A DNA stretch of 64,000 bases from Moniliella sp. 'wahieum' (taxonomy: Eukaryota). Under the pieces are notes generated by a model. The model did not search any database and was not told the DNA's origin. It worked only from the letters and a program-made list of their open reading frames with translations. Made by a program: the position numbers and the translations under genes. The stretch covers positions 496,001 to 560,000 of the forward strand of contig RSEE01000015.1 of the NCBI GenBank assembly GCA_003971905.1. Reading direction: 5' to 3'. Below are positions 1 through 13,754 of the stretch, one piece after another. Within the stretch, counting starts at the first letter, position 1. Each line of letters begins with the position of its first letter.

Positions 1-16
1 GGCGAGACTCGTCTCA

Positions 17-3000
17 CTACCTTTTCCCGTCCATAACGCCGACAAGGTCGTTCCTCGTCCGAGTCCGACTCGATGGGGCTTCGGGCACCGTACCAAATTC
101 GGACATTACCTCGCTCCTGCGATGAGATAGGCGACCAGCAGGCCGGCCAGCCACCAAAGGGACCGAGGTAGAACGTGGGATGCACGACCGCATGGGGCTC
201 ACATTGTCTTCCTCCCCGCTGGGGAATCGAGGGACAAAGGCGACGGTTTGCGCGGTGTAGCGGGGGCGGTCTGCTCGACAGACAACTTGGATGGGAAGAC
301 AGTACCCATAGACACTGAGCTAGACACAAGCGAATGCGTCGACTGTCTCCGATTGGACATGGGCATGGGCGTGGACAGAGGCAGAGATGGAGTCACCGTC
401 TTATCCCCATCGTCGTCGTCCTCGGGTGCAGCAAACCGGGGCAGCCATGGTGCTGAACGGCGTTTGGAGGCAGTCGAACCCATGGTGATCGTTGATGCGG
501 TGGAACATCGTTTGTCCGAGGCAGAGAGCTCCAATGGAGCAAACACATCGGAATCGGGAGTAGCCACGCGCTCTGGTACCTCCGAAACAGGACCCACGAA
601 GGCGAGGGACAAACGTTTTATCTTCTTTGGCGTTTGGGTGAAGCTGGTGGACAAAGCGGGCTGGCTAAGCCGACGCCGGCGGAAAGGCGATTCGGGGGCT
701 GGAGAGGCTGATCGGGAGGGCGCAAGAGAAAGAGCCGACAAGGACGTTGACGGCCAGGCTGGTTTCGACTGGCGGACGAGGAATGGTCTCGGGTTCTGGG
801 GTAGTGGGCGCAACCAGCGCTTGCATCCGGGGACTAAAAGAAAAGGATACTTTGCCTGGCCTTGCGTTCACCGAGCGGGTGATCAACTCCTGGCCGTCGG
901 ATCCAACAACCCATTCGCAGCACCGGTCTTTAAACGATGGGCGGGCGACCCAGCGCGCCAAGCCATGCGATGGGTCAGGGACTGTGGTGGTAGGCAAGAC
1001 GACGGCTGGGGAAGCAAGTGCTTCCGCCTTGGCTCGCATGCCTGCCCGCCCAGCCAAACCGACAACTGCCGGGGGCAGCAGATCGCGACCATACCGGATC
1101 TGAAGTGGGGCGATTTCCTGAGCTTGGGGACGAGAGAAGGATGTCATGGTCGGATTCAAGAGACGAACGAGGATGGAAGACCGACCGAGCGCGGCACGGA
1201 GGTGCCGGGAAGCACCATGGGCACTTTCATGGACCTGAACGGCGCGCGATGGGTTCATACTCCGTGGGAACATCAGGTCGGTCACCAAACCGTTTGTAAC
1301 GAATTGGGTTGCGGTGAGCATAAGTGCTTGCATGTGAGCTCACGGATCCTGAATGAGCCACGATCGCGGCCATCACATGAGTCCCCAAGCTAGGTGGTGC
1401 TTCCGTCCCGGCCCGGGTCGTCAAGTTGGGCTCCTCCACTGCAGCGAGCGCCTCTTTGAGTGCAACGGCAATCCGAGGCTGGAGCTTGAGCAAGGTACAG
1501 TTGTACAGAGCCCTCTTGGCGCCTGAGTCGAGTACGGAGAGTACGTCGGGCGCGGCTTGTGGGGAAGTGGGAGGATATGGGACACTTGCTCTCCGTTCTT
1601 GGGTGGACGTAAGAGGGGATCGAACTCTTTTGAATACTGCTGCTGAAGCTAGGCCCGACGCGCGGGGACTCCTGATACCAGGAGAATTAGGTCGAGCGGG
1701 AAAGGTAATTGGGGAGAGTGGACGGGTAGTGAGGGACGAGCCTCTGTTCCCACCCGAAGCCGAGCGGGATGGAGCAGACGCTACCATGGATTGGTCCTGA
1801 GGAGTGGACAAGGATGGAGCAGCATCTTGATTGGTGAAGGGGAGTCGATCCGTAGCCACATCTTGGGCAATGCAATCGGGAGAGATCGACGCTGAGGCCA
1901 GCGCCGAGTCTTCCGAAGATGCAAGGCCATCCTTTTGAATCCGGGAGGACAAGAACGCAGCGAAAGAGCGGCGCGGGTTGGCTAGACCAGAGTCAGGCGT
2001 TTGAGTAGTTGGTTGGTTTAGCTGCGCAGTTGTCATATCCCGAGAACCAAGAGAAACAGGCTGATCAAGCGTCATATCTGGCTCCAAGTTGAGTGCATCG
2101 GCAAGAAAGTCCGGCACAGGCAATGATTTGGCAACGATGGGCGCGGCGAAGACGGCCGAGACGGCGAAGCCCTTGGCGTTCCCGCTCACCCAACATCCCT
2201 GCCGACCTCACTTGAAGAGGGGGCAGCGAAGGACGGCTTTTCGGCATCGTCTCGTCTTTCGCGCCCTCCAGCAAATCATTGAGAGGCCGGCGCAGGAGTA
2301 ACCTTTATGATGGCGAATGAATGTCAATAACAGTTCATCGGACGGTGTACCGATCAAAGGGAAAAATACGCACGGTGTACCTGGCCCGCGACGTCGACAA
2401 CCTGGCCCGGGGAAAGGAGCATGCCATCCAGAGGAGCAGCAACAGACAAGAAACTTGGACGACTCGGTAACGCAGTCGACTGTGACATGGATGGGGGCAA
2501 AGATGGACACGGGTCGTACGGGTCGTCGACCTGCTGGCCCACAGTGGTGGTCATTGGCGGCGGCGACCTCGGCGGTAGAGTAGAACGAAGCAACGCTGGG
2601 CGCTCTGGACTGGGAGAAGGCATTCTGCCCGTTACGGGGCAGCGGCGACGATGCCCCCAAGACTCACTTTCGGTAATGACCGAACCGATGCATCTGGAAA
2701 GGGCAGGGGGATGTGGGCTCACTCAAAGGGGAAGCTTGTTGCACCTCCCACACCGGGCAGGTAACTGCATCGACCGAGGGGGTTTCTTGAGTAGGTTGAG
2801 AGAGCTGGAGCGAAACCTGGTCCACCGCGAATCCTTGCGGGCCCTTTTTTTATTGGTTGGTGAGGAAGCAATGGCGTCAATGACGGCCGATGACGACGTG
2901 GGCGACGAGACGGGGACATCAGGGGGTGAGGAGGGTGCTGTGACGGAGGCGTTGGATTGGGAGAACGGGTCGCTAAGGGATAAAAGAGAAGGAGAGCTGT

Positions 3001-3367
3001 TCCCGTTGCTGGACCGAGACGAGTCACGTCGAAGCCAAGGGGCTCGGGGAGGGACCAAGGAGAGGGCAGAGTTGGAAGGAAAAGATTCGCTGGGCAGGCC
3101 ACATCCTGTTGCAAATCCTGTTGGAAGGCGGGGAACATTGGAGCTGGATGGAGCTATGACGACCGTGCTGGTGGGCTGGGCCGACGGCCAAGGGATTGCA
3201 GGAAGAGGAGGCAGGGGTGGCGGGCAAGACCGATACACTGCTGCCATGGGTAGCTGGACAGGGGCTGACCCTGATCCAGCCGAGGGCTTGAGGAGGGCGG
3301 CAGCACGGGAAAATATACCCCGTGCTCGTCCGAAGCGGGACGAACCGAGGAGGCGGGGAGCAGACAT
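17..3367 (-). CDS. Hypothetical Ser/Pro-rich, probably disordered protein (fragmented; boundaries uncertain)
   Basis: Chain of overlapping minus-strand ORFs (2723-3367, 2208-2660, 1227-2189, 665-1333, 199-813, 17-202) with similar S/P/A-rich composition. One more ordered stretch (ALYNCTLLKLQPRIAVALKEALAAVEE...ALMLTATQFVTNGLVTDLMFPRS). No recognisable domain. Confidence 0.45.
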
Positions 3368-4093
3368 GTTGGGGCCGCGGCGCCGAGACGGACGCGCGCA
3401 ACGGGTGGAGGTGGAGCCACACGCGCTGGAGGAGGGTGGGTGGTGTGGTGGTGGTGGTGGCAGTGGTGGTTGTCGGCGTGGTTATCGTCGTCGGAGGGGC
3501 AGGTGAATGCTGGGCGAATATCAAATGCCACCACCCAGCCACCGGCTGGCCTGGTGACAGTGCCTGGACACACTCGGGTGGTGCGGGCGACAGGCGCCGG
3601 GCCACTCTGTACGGGAAGACACTGCGGGACCGAACACTGGCCGGATGCCCGCGCCATGAGCTGCATCGGCATCATGCATCAACTCAGGCAACGATCACCG
3701 CGCAGAAGAACCCCGCCAGTATTTATTCTTCAGTAGCACATCCCTAGCACATCCATCAGCGCATCCCACCGTCGGGTGCGCGTAACGCGGAACTCAGCAC
3801 GCAGGACTCAGGGTACTCTGGCCCCTCAGGCTGGGGCCTCAGGGCCTCAGTAGCAGCCGGCGTAGCCTGAAGCTTGAAGAGCTTTCGTATCGGGGCAGCA
3901 CCGCCCTTGCCACCCACAGCACGAATCCGCACAGGCCCCCCGCCCCCACCACAAAACTTATCTTCTTTCGGTAACCACAAAAAAGCCATCGCTCTTTCCT
4001 GCAGATCGATCTACCGCGGCCAATCCAACCAAACTAACCCGCATCCCCCTGTACCATGCCATGCATGATGATACTCTCACCAGTGATGCGCAG

Positions 4094-6190
4094 TCACTAG
4101 TCAAAACCCCTCGCGCCCATACCACCGCCACGCCGTCCTGGCCATAACCGTAACCAGCTTACATAGAGTAGCCAACCAGCAAAGCTAGTCATTAGCGCAT
4201 TCTAGGCGGTAGCATCACATCCGCCTTAGGGTTACGCGTTGGTAGGCCGCATGTCAGTGACTAGTGACTAGTGCTACTCGGCGCCAGTCAGCCTGGCATG
4301 GTTTTTTTCGCCTGTGCCGCACATTCTGTCTCAACGTCCCCAGTGAAAATGGAATTCTGTCCTCTACACACCACCCAACATTCTCTGTCCCACATAGGCC
4401 CTTCGGGCGGAGGCAGGCGGAGGTCTAAGGCATCCTAAGATCTAAGATCTAATCTCTAAGACCTAAGACCCGTCTCCTGCTTTGTCGAAACGTTATTGAA
4501 GCTTGAAGCTTGAAGCTTGAAGCTTGAAGGAAGAACGATTTGCGTTCGCCACCGGCTGACCACCGGGGACACTAGACCACCAAGCTGGTACTTCGGGAGA
4601 ACGTGAGAACACACTGGTCACTTGGGTCACCGGTCACCGTTCACTGTGCGCGGTCGCCAATCGCGCCGTGGCGAGCTGGTGACATGCATGTGTGACATGT
4701 GATGCCCTGAGGCTGGCTGTGAGTACTCAGACTAAGTGGGGAGGGTAGGCACCGAGGTGCGCGCTGAGGCGCTGAGGCGACTGAGTAACGGAGTACTGAT
4801 GCCGTGCTGAGGCCACAAGGTGCCGATCGCGTCCGGAGTCCAGAGTAGTGGGATCTAAGGATTGGAGCTATTAGTAGCAAAGAAACTGTATGCACCCCCT
4901 GTGCGTTAATTTTTTGCATTTGCATTGCAAGTTCCTAGCTGCACATCATTGCATCATCGACATCATCGATCATCGATCATCGATCATCAATCACCAGTCA
5001 CACTAGTAACTATAATTACTAGTGGCTGTGGAGCTAGTGAAAAGGCACCGAGTTACCTACCCTCCTACACCGATGGAGGGTCAAATTTATATCAGACTCG
5101 CTCCTGTCCATGCGCCTCTCCGTTGACGACGTTGACGCGTTGACGTCCAACCCCCCAACGTCTCAACGTCTCAACGTCTCAACGTCTCAACACACCTCTC
5201 TCAAGATCTGAGAGCCTTAAATGTTAAACGTCAACGCGGGAACGTTGAAATGGCACGTTCAACGTGTTCAACGCCGAAACACCACAGTGCATTATTCAGT
5301 TCACCGTTCACGCGCCGCGCTAGCGTCATTGATCGAATCGAAGACCTATAGGTCGACTAGCTTGGCTTAGGCAGGACAATCCCTTGCGATGAATGATTAT
5401 CGATTAATGATTACCAAATTGGATTTACATCAATCCCATGCACCCATAAGTTCAGACATACAATTCCCGCAGCGATACGCGAATGTGTCAAAGCTGCAAG
5501 AGGGGCAAAAGCTGTGGCAAGGAAAGGGGAGGGCATCGATTGTAGTCACTCGCGCCGGCATGTCACCGTGATGGTCAGCGAGCGCTCAGCGCGTCAGCAC
5601 GTCAGTAGAGCCCTGTGGAGCTTGGAGCCACACCCTGCCACACCAGGCCACGCCTTTATTAGCTTTACTCGTGCATGGTATGCTGTGGCTGAACACACAC
5701 AGCCATTGCATGTGGATAGATTGAATCGCCCCCGCACTGCCTCAAAACGCGCAGCGAGTAAGCCAGGAGTGCATCAGCGCCATCAGCGCGTTGGGACCCT
5801 CGACGGGCTGAGGAGCTGGGGAGCTGGAGCGTACTGGAGCCAGGAAGCACATGACTTGAAGCTACTAATGGAAGCATCTGGGACAGGAGAACAAGGAAGC
5901 GCTTTTCATCGACCTTCCTGATATGCCAAGTGAGTGATTGGGTGAATGAGATGGCGATGATCGATGATCGACATTATCGCTCAGGCGCTCAGGCTGAGCA
6001 GCGCGCTGGCTGATGCATGATGCATGATGATTGCCATGTGATGGATGTGATCGACACAGTGCCCCCCTGCCGGATCGTGGAGCGCGCAAAGCAAGCACCC
6101 TGGCATGTCACTGTTCCTGCTCCGGAACCCCGAGGCAGGGAATCACCTGCTGGATGTTGGAGTTGGGCAATTCTGAGATCTGAGATCTGA
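4094..6190. repeat. Dense cluster of 7-bp-period TNA-[palindromic 4-mer] arrays
   Basis: TGA CTAG (4258-4273), TAA GATC x2 (4436-4452), TGA AGCT x4 (4497-4527), TCA CCGG (4627-4636), TGA CATG (4693-4702), TCA TCGA x3 (4963-4986), TGA TGCA x2 (6011-6027), TGA GATC x2 (6174-6190). Also an 8-bp CAACGTCT repeat at about 5156-5191. Confidence 0.9.
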
Positions 6191-7072
6191 GATTGGAGAT
6201 GTGGGATTCCAGGTGGGATTGGTGCTTAGTAGCAAGGGTATCGCGTGCCACCGACTGTCTCGCGGGAAAGTCGAAGGAAATTAGCCCCAAAAGTCGGAGA
6301 AAAAGTCAACGCAAAACCAAGAGATTAATCTCTCGATATCGAGCATCAAGATCCACCAGTCGTACGTCCCGCGCCCCCAGGCCACCTTTGTCTCTGTCTC
6401 TCTACCGCCTCAACCACCAACGGCAACCGACGGGGATCTGTCGCCCTCAGTCTCTCTGAGAAATGGTACGAAAACCCATCAACAGTGATCGACACAGGAA
6501 AAGAAATAATGCCTCGATCGGATGGGAAATCGAATCCATCCAATGGTGCCTTCGTCAATTGTCCTGTGGGACGCGTATACACATCCCAGGTGTACCCCAC
6601 ACGGCCAAGCCGGGATTCGCAGGTTCAGCAGTGGTAGGGTCTACATTGCATGTTACCGGTTACCTGCCATTCAACCTCTCCCTTTCTCTGGAATGTCAGA
6701 TACCATACCACAGTCATTATCATGTTCCGTCTACTACTAGCCAGTTACGAGTCCATCAAGACTGTCGAGGTATAGAAGCAGAGGAGTGTTGAAAACGGGA
6801 GTACTCGAGCCAAATCGATGATCGTCTGATCGACCTCACCAACCTCATCAACCTATCAACCTCCCATATCAGCCTCACACCGATGTTGGCTCGCCTCGTC
6901 GATCATGAGTACCACGCAGATGGATTGGTTTATATCGACTGCATATTCAAGAAACAAAAAACCGCTGGCAGGAAGAGGATGCCGTGCGTGCCGAAGATGG
7001 TCTGACAGCGGTAGGGCACGGAAATAGGAAGAGAGAGCAAAGGGAGAAAAAAGAACGGGAAGGGGGTACGCG

Positions 7073-10000
7073 TTAAGCCGCAATCTCGAACAGCAAGTCG
7101 GATTGCGAGACCGAGTCATTGGGCTCGACAAGGATCCGCTTCACCTTGCCCGAAACGGGAGAGGAGACGACAGTTTCCATCTTCATCGCGCTCAGCACGG
7201 CCAGAGGGTCGCCGGCCTTGACCACGCGACCCACCTGCGTGCGCACTTCTACCACCACCGCCGCCAGGGGAGACCCCACCTGGCCTGGCTCTCCCGCCTT
7301 GGCCCCCTCGCGGTGCACCGACTCCACCGCTGCATTCTTGTCTTCGACAATGATGGACCGCGGCTCAGCGTTCAGCTCAAAGAACACCTCGCGTGTGCCG
7401 CGCTCCGAATTGACCGCACCCACCGCCAACAACTTGATAATAAGCAGTTTGCCACGGTCAATGTAGGCGTGAATCTCTTCGCCGACGGGAGCCTTGCTGA
7501 GGAAGTAACGGGTGGGGAGATGAGAAAGGTCGCCGTATTTGGCCAAAAATTCTTGCAAGTCTTCAAACACTTTGGGATACATGGCGTAGCTGATTGCATC
7601 GGCAGTGGTGATCGTCTTGCCATACTTCTTGGTCAGGGTCTTCTTGATTTGCCGCAAGTCGACGGGCGCCATTGATGCCCCGGGCCGTCCATCGATCCTG
7701 GGCTTGCCACGCAGGAGCTTGGTCCGCAGCGGCTCAGGGAAGCCACCGGGAGGCGTACCAAGATAACCTTGGAAGTATTCAACGACCGAGTTGGGAAAGT
7801 CGAGCTTGTCAGCACGCTCCTCCACCTCGGCCGCGGTCAACTTGTTGGCAACAAGGAACTGAGCAAAGTCACCGACAACTTTGGACGAGGGTGTGACCTT
7901 GACAATGTCGCCGCAAAGCTTATTGGCCACAATGTAGGCCTTCTTAACTTCGCTCCACTGGCTTCCGAGGCCGAGGGACATGGACTGGAACATGAGGTTG
8001 GTGTACTGTCCACCGGGCATCTCATGATCAAACACGGACGAATCTGACGCTTTGACTTCCTGCGCAAAGCACTGGTACAACTGGCGTACCGAAGTCCAGT
8101 ACAGGTTGAGAGCCATGATGTCCTCATGGCGAATACCGGGACCGAGGCCCGTCTGTTCAAGCGCAGCCACCAGTGCGCCCATCGACGGCTGCGACGTGAG
8201 CCCCGACATGGAGTCGATCGCCACGTCCACCACATCCGCTCCGGCCTCGGCGGCAGCTAGCATGGAGCTGAGCGCAATGCCTGCCGTGTCGTGCGAATGA
8301 ACATGGATGGGGGTCCGGATACTTTTTCCGGATCGAACCGACCAAGAGAGCGGCTGCAGGTTTCATCAGGCCCGCCATGTCCTTGATACCGAGAATGTGG
8401 ATTCCAGTCTTGACCAGTTCATCAACCAGGTTCATGTAGTACTCCAATGTGTACTTGGGGTGCGCCTTGGGGTTCGCTACATCGCCAGTGTAGCACACGG
8501 TACCCTCTGCCACGCCGCCCGCCTTCTTGGCTGCGTCAATTCCCAGGCGCAGGCTGCCCAGGTCGTTAAGTGAGTCAAAGACTCGGAAAATGTCCAGACC
8601 ATTCTCGACGGCTTTCTTGCTAAACTCGTAGATCAAGTTGTCAGGATAGGACGTGTACCCTACCGCATTGGCCCCACGGACAAGGGCTTGGAAGGGGATA
8701 TTGGAACGAGCTTGCGCAACTTGCGCAAGCGCTCCCACGGGTCTTCGTACAGGAACCGCATCGCCACATCAAAAGTAGCCCCGCCCCAGCACTCGAGGGA
8801 AAACGCATTCTTGAGCGCATACGACGTGGTCTTGGCAATGTTGGTCATCTCGATCGTACGCAGACGAGTAGCAAGAAGCGACTGGTGAGCGTCACGCCAC
8901 GTCGTGTCCATAATAAGGGTTCCCTTGTACGCCCGCACGGCCTTGGCAAACGCTTCGGGTCCTTCGTGAAGAAGAATGGAACGCCAACCCTCCTGGCACG
9001 GGACAGCCGTGTCAATGGCCTTGGTTGGGTCTGCCGGATCGTTCAATCGAGGAATCTCAATGTCCGTCTTGAGTCCAGGTTCGCCAATCTGGCCTTGAAT
9101 GTGAGAACCATTGACGGCCATGTCGCCAAGATAGGCCAAAAGCTTTTGCGCGCGGTTCTGGCTCGAGACCAAGTTAAACAGCTCGGTGTGTCGTCAATCA
9201 TTGTCGTCCACGTGTTAGCCGAGGCAAAGGCTTCATGGGTGATGAGACGGACGAGGAAAGGGACGTTGGTCTTGACGCCGCGGATGCGGAACTCGACGAG
9301 TGCACGCAGCATTTTACGCCGCGTCACCTCGTACGTCGCACCACGGCACGTAACCTTGACCAACAGCGAATCGTAGTGGGGCGTGATTTGCGCACCGGCA
9401 AAACCGCTGCTGGCATCCAGCCGCACACCATTCCCGCCGGCCGAACGGTAAACTTCAATCTTCCCCGTGTCAGGCTGGAAATTCTGAGTTGGATCTTCCG
9501 TAGTGATGCGGCACTGGATGGCAGAGCCACGCTTCTGGATCGTCTGTTGGGTCAAGCCCAGATCGTCCAGCGTCGCGCCCGCCGCAATTTGGATCTGAGC
9601 ACCGACAATGTCAATACCTGTGATTTCCTCAGTGATTGTGTGTTCGACTTGAAGGCGGGGGTTGATCTCGATAAAGTAGTGACGGTTTTGTTGGTCAACC
9701 AAAAACTCTGCTGTGCCCGCGTTGCGGTAGCCGGCCATTTTGGCAAGCTTGACCGCGTCGTTCAATAGAGCTTGACGGACCGAATCGTGCAAGTTGGAAG
9801 CGGGAGCCACTTCGACGACCTTTTGGTGCCGACGTTGAACTGAGCAGTCACGCTCAAACAAATGCACCACATTTCCCTCGCCATCAGCCAAAAGCTGCAC
9901 CTCAATGTGCCGCGGGTGGTCGAGGAAACGTTCGATAAACACAGTTGCGTCTCCAAACGCCGTCTTGGCTTCCGACTTGGCCATGGAGAAGGCTTGCTCA

Positions 10001-10733
10001 AACTCCTCGGGGCTGCGTACGACGCGCATGCCGCGACCACCACCACCCATCAGCCTTGATAATCACAGGAAAACCCACATCCTTGATAAACTCCTTAGCC
10101 TCCTCGTAGCTCTCGATGGGACCAGGGGTGCCTGGCACAATCGACACACAGCCCTACGAGCCAGGTCGCGAGCCTTGACCTTGTCGCCAAGCGCATCGAT
10201 TGTCTCCGGGCGAGGACCAATAAAAGCAACCTGCCGCCTCGACCTTCCGAGCAAATTCGGCGTTTTCCGAGAGAAAGCCATACCCGGGGCTGGTAGAAAG
10301 AGAAGCAAGGTCAGCCAAACGATCATTGCCCACACGTACACAGAAAGAAAAGAAAGGAGACGCACTGGATCATGTCCACACCATGATCGAGGGCGATGCG
10401 GATAATGTCATCAATGGCGAGGTAAGCGCCTACGGGGGACATGCCCGCGCCAACCTGATACGCCTCGTCTGCCTTCCAGCGATGAGCAGAGAGACGGTCC
10501 TCGTTGGAGTAGAGAGCAACTGTGCTCATGGCGAGCTCATGAGCAGTACGAAATACGCGGATCGCAATTTCACCGCGGTTGGCCACCATGAGCTTGCGTA
10601 GCGGTTCGCCGTCGTCGGCGCCGCCCATGTGCTGGCGGATCTTGGCAAGGGTGGGGATGGCATGACCAGTCAGCACACTAGGCGTGGCAGGGACGCTGAC
10701 GAAGGGGTCGACGACCGAGGGGTGTTCCGCCAT
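7073..10733 (-). CDS. PYC: Pyruvate carboxylase (BC, CT and biotin-carrier domains), frameshifted in this assembly
   Basis: [31 protein letters not shown] across intron 10290-10365, [61 protein letters not shown], biotinylation motif SAMKME. Confidence 0.97.
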
Positions 10734-12726
10734 GGTACCTCCAAACGTGGTGGCAGTAGGTGGGAGAGAAGGGAAGATGAGGCAAGGTGGTGGTGGGCAG
10801 AACTCAGGCCGAAGGAGCCGCACGATTGGAAAGCAGGTAGCAATCATTAATCAGGCAAGCAGCATCGCACCGGCCAGCCACCCCACCACGTACGTCCGTG
10901 CACACTGGCGCCATGCGCCCCCCATGATTTCAAGGGTCCATGGCTTGGTTTCCGCTTGCATGTCCGCCTGGGCGTCAGGCCGCACAAGCCTCACATCGCG
11001 CCAAGCCGCCGTGGCAAACGTGCGACCTGGACTTCATCATCCGTCCTGGGGCCCCCGTGCCCTTCTTGGCACGAACCCGCATGGGGGCTCTGTCTGCCTC
11101 CATACTGCTCTGATGCTGCGCTGGTATTCAAACTGGCGCTGGGCCAGGCCAATAAGTCCGCATTCTGAGTCTGTCATTTTGGTACAAGTATACAATTTGC
11201 ATTGGTTCCTGTTTACCGTTCGCGTCTTTTCCCCGTCGCGGACAACGACGATCGGAGTGGCAATGCTTAATGCTTTCAGTGAACGAGGGGAGCAGGATAG
11301 GTCGACAGTTCGAATAGAGGGGCAAATACTCAGAGCTCAGCTCATCGATCACCGGTCATCGATCACCTCATTATTGTGTGCATTCCATTGACAGAGCTTA
11401 AGGCTGGACAGGGGGAACGCTACGTCTAAACCGAACCATATGCACTTGGTTAATTTGCTCTCCAGAATAATATAGCTGCCAAGAGTTTATTGGATGAGGA
11501 GACTGTGGGCGGGGCTTGAGGCCGCGGGGGCTACTACTTGGCGCACCTTTACTGGGGCGTGTTGGCGATAGATCCGTAGTTACACCAGCAATCGTTCTCC
11601 GCGCCCAAGCCAACCACGCCAAGACGCGGAACGATGTTAAAAGGCCCTGGCTGCTGCAATACTGGTGTGACAAAACGATTATTTCCTCCGGAATAAGACA
11701 CAGTGCACACCAAACACTCTCCGTCCTTCGGAAGCTCGAAAGAGTCATACAGTGTCATGAATTTCATTGTAGGCACCATTGTATTGCAGTCGTGAACTGC
11801 GAGCGCTGAGAGAGCCGAGAGGTGAGTCGTTGGGTGCTCGTTGAGCATGGTGAACTAGGACGCGGGCGCGATTGAGACAGCGAGACCCGCGAAACACTGG
11901 TGATTTTCAGCGTGAGACTCTTCAACTGAGAGGTTCAACCTTCAGCTTCAAGCTTCAGGAGCCTTCAACGTCTTCAATAACGTTCGCGTCGACCTTCATG
12001 TTCTTCAAGCCTGCCAGAATCCCTCACACTCTTCAATAACCCACACACCTCGCTATTTCGGACTTGTCAGACATCTGGATCTGATCTGTGATCTGAGATC
12101 TGAGATCTGAGATCTGACTATAGAAGTACAGTGACTGGTCTGACTAGCTGACTCGTTTGTCCGTCGGACCAGAGGCTCACACAGGCCGAACTTACTAGCT
12201 TCTCGCGGACATGAATGTCTCAGCAGTTCTCACACCATATATACTCTGTTGTATCCGAGCAGGCAGGCGCTTTGGCGTGACATGTGACACTCGGTGCATG
12301 CCATGCCTCACAAGCTGGAATCTTCAACCAGATTTTTCCGCCACAGTGTGCGCACTATGCACCTTGAACCATCGTTGAGGCATTGCATGGTACGAATGGT
12401 ATTCCTGCCTTCCGCATATTCATGGCTGTTGCACGGTATGCATGTCTAGTAGCGTCTAACGACTACGTACAATACAACACACGAACCCACACGCTTTTGC
12501 GGCAAGGCCAAAGCCAAGAACAAGTTGATTTTTGAATCGGGGATAGGGCCCGAAAAAGGAAGCATCTCGGAAAAGAGCACTTCAACCGCATACCATGCAA
12601 AGGTATTCAACTTTGGTCGCCGTCCAAAACGACAAAGAGCCGAACGGTTGAGGCTCGACAGCGTCCCTTCTTGGTCGCCAAGCCAATGGGCCAATGGTGC
12701 CGAACCATTTCCTCCATTGACTCCAT

Positions 12727-13556
12727 TTACTCCCAGGAGGTGATCGGCTGCTGAACAGCCGGGCAGCGTCGGCAGCCCAGTCCTGAGCGCCAGCGGCCGG
12801 CTCGCTCCAGTCCAGCGCGGCAGCCTCGGGGCGCCCGTGGCAGGGATGGCCTCACCAAGTTCGCCGGCTCAGCCTCGCGCTCAGCAGCGGCCTTAGCGTC
12901 GGCAGCAGCCTGCTGCTCAGCCTCGATCTCCTGCGGGTCGCGGTAGAAGAACATGTCGGTCATGACGCCCCACGGCTCAGTGCGCGAGACGGTGCCCTTG
13001 AGGCGGAGGACCTCACGGCAGAGGAGCCACCAGAGAAGACCGACCGAGTGCTTGCCCTTGTTGTTACCGGGGATGGCCACGTCGACAAACTTGAGGGGAG
13101 CGTCAGCGTCGGCGAAGGCAATGACGGGGATGTTGACGTAGGACGCCTCACGGATGGCCTGGTGGTCCACGCGGGGTCGGTCACCACAATGACGCGGGGC
13201 TCCTTGTAGGAGCGGACAATGTAGTTGGTGAAGGTACCGGGGGTGAAACGGCCGGCAATGCAGTAGCGCCAGTGTTCGAGGCGAACTTGAGCACAGCGCG
13301 CTGACCGTACTGGCGACCCGAGATGACGCAAATGTCAGCCGGGTTCTCAACCGCAGCAAGGATACGGGCAGCCAGAACGATCTTGCTCCACGTCTTGTTG
13401 AGGTTGATCAGCTGCACGCCGTCGGCGCGGCGTTGTAATGTAGGACTCCATGTCCTTGGTCACATTGGTGGTGCCAATGTGGGTCTGGGCAGCGAGGAAG
13501 AGTTTGACCTCCTCCTCGGTGATGTTGAGGACCTGGGGAAGCTTGTCGGCGGACAT
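12727..13556 (-). CDS. RPS0: 40S ribosomal protein uS2 (S0/SA), frameshifted in this assembly
   Basis: [109 protein letters not shown]. No coding intron evident. Confidence 0.96.
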
Positions 13557-13653
13557 TGCGATGATGGACAGGCAGGCAGGGACGCGTGGGGAGAAAGGAA
13601 GAGAGCGGAGCAGGCACTCGTGGTGTAAAGGAACAAGAAATGGGGCGATGACA

Positions 13654-13754
13654 TAGGGTTATACTCGCTAGCACTGGGGAAGTGCATCTTTTCTATTTAT
13701 TGCGCCTAGTTCTCGCCGCGTGAACATTGCCTCCCTGGTCGTCCTGCACGTGAT
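13654..13754 (-). promoter_or_regulatory. Candidate RPS0 promoter elements: telobox TAACCCTA and E-box ATCACGTG
   Basis: TAACCCTA on the gene strand (13654-13661) and ATCACGTG (13747-13754), about 100 and 190 bp upstream of the ATG. Motif match only. Confidence 0.35.

Noticed and set aside
4497..4527. Restriction-site-like hexamers (AAGCTT, AGATCT, ACTAGT, ATCGAT) as polylinker or vector contamination
   Set aside because: Dispersed through nearly all intergenic regions, degenerate, restricted to A....T hexamers, and with no vector sequence.
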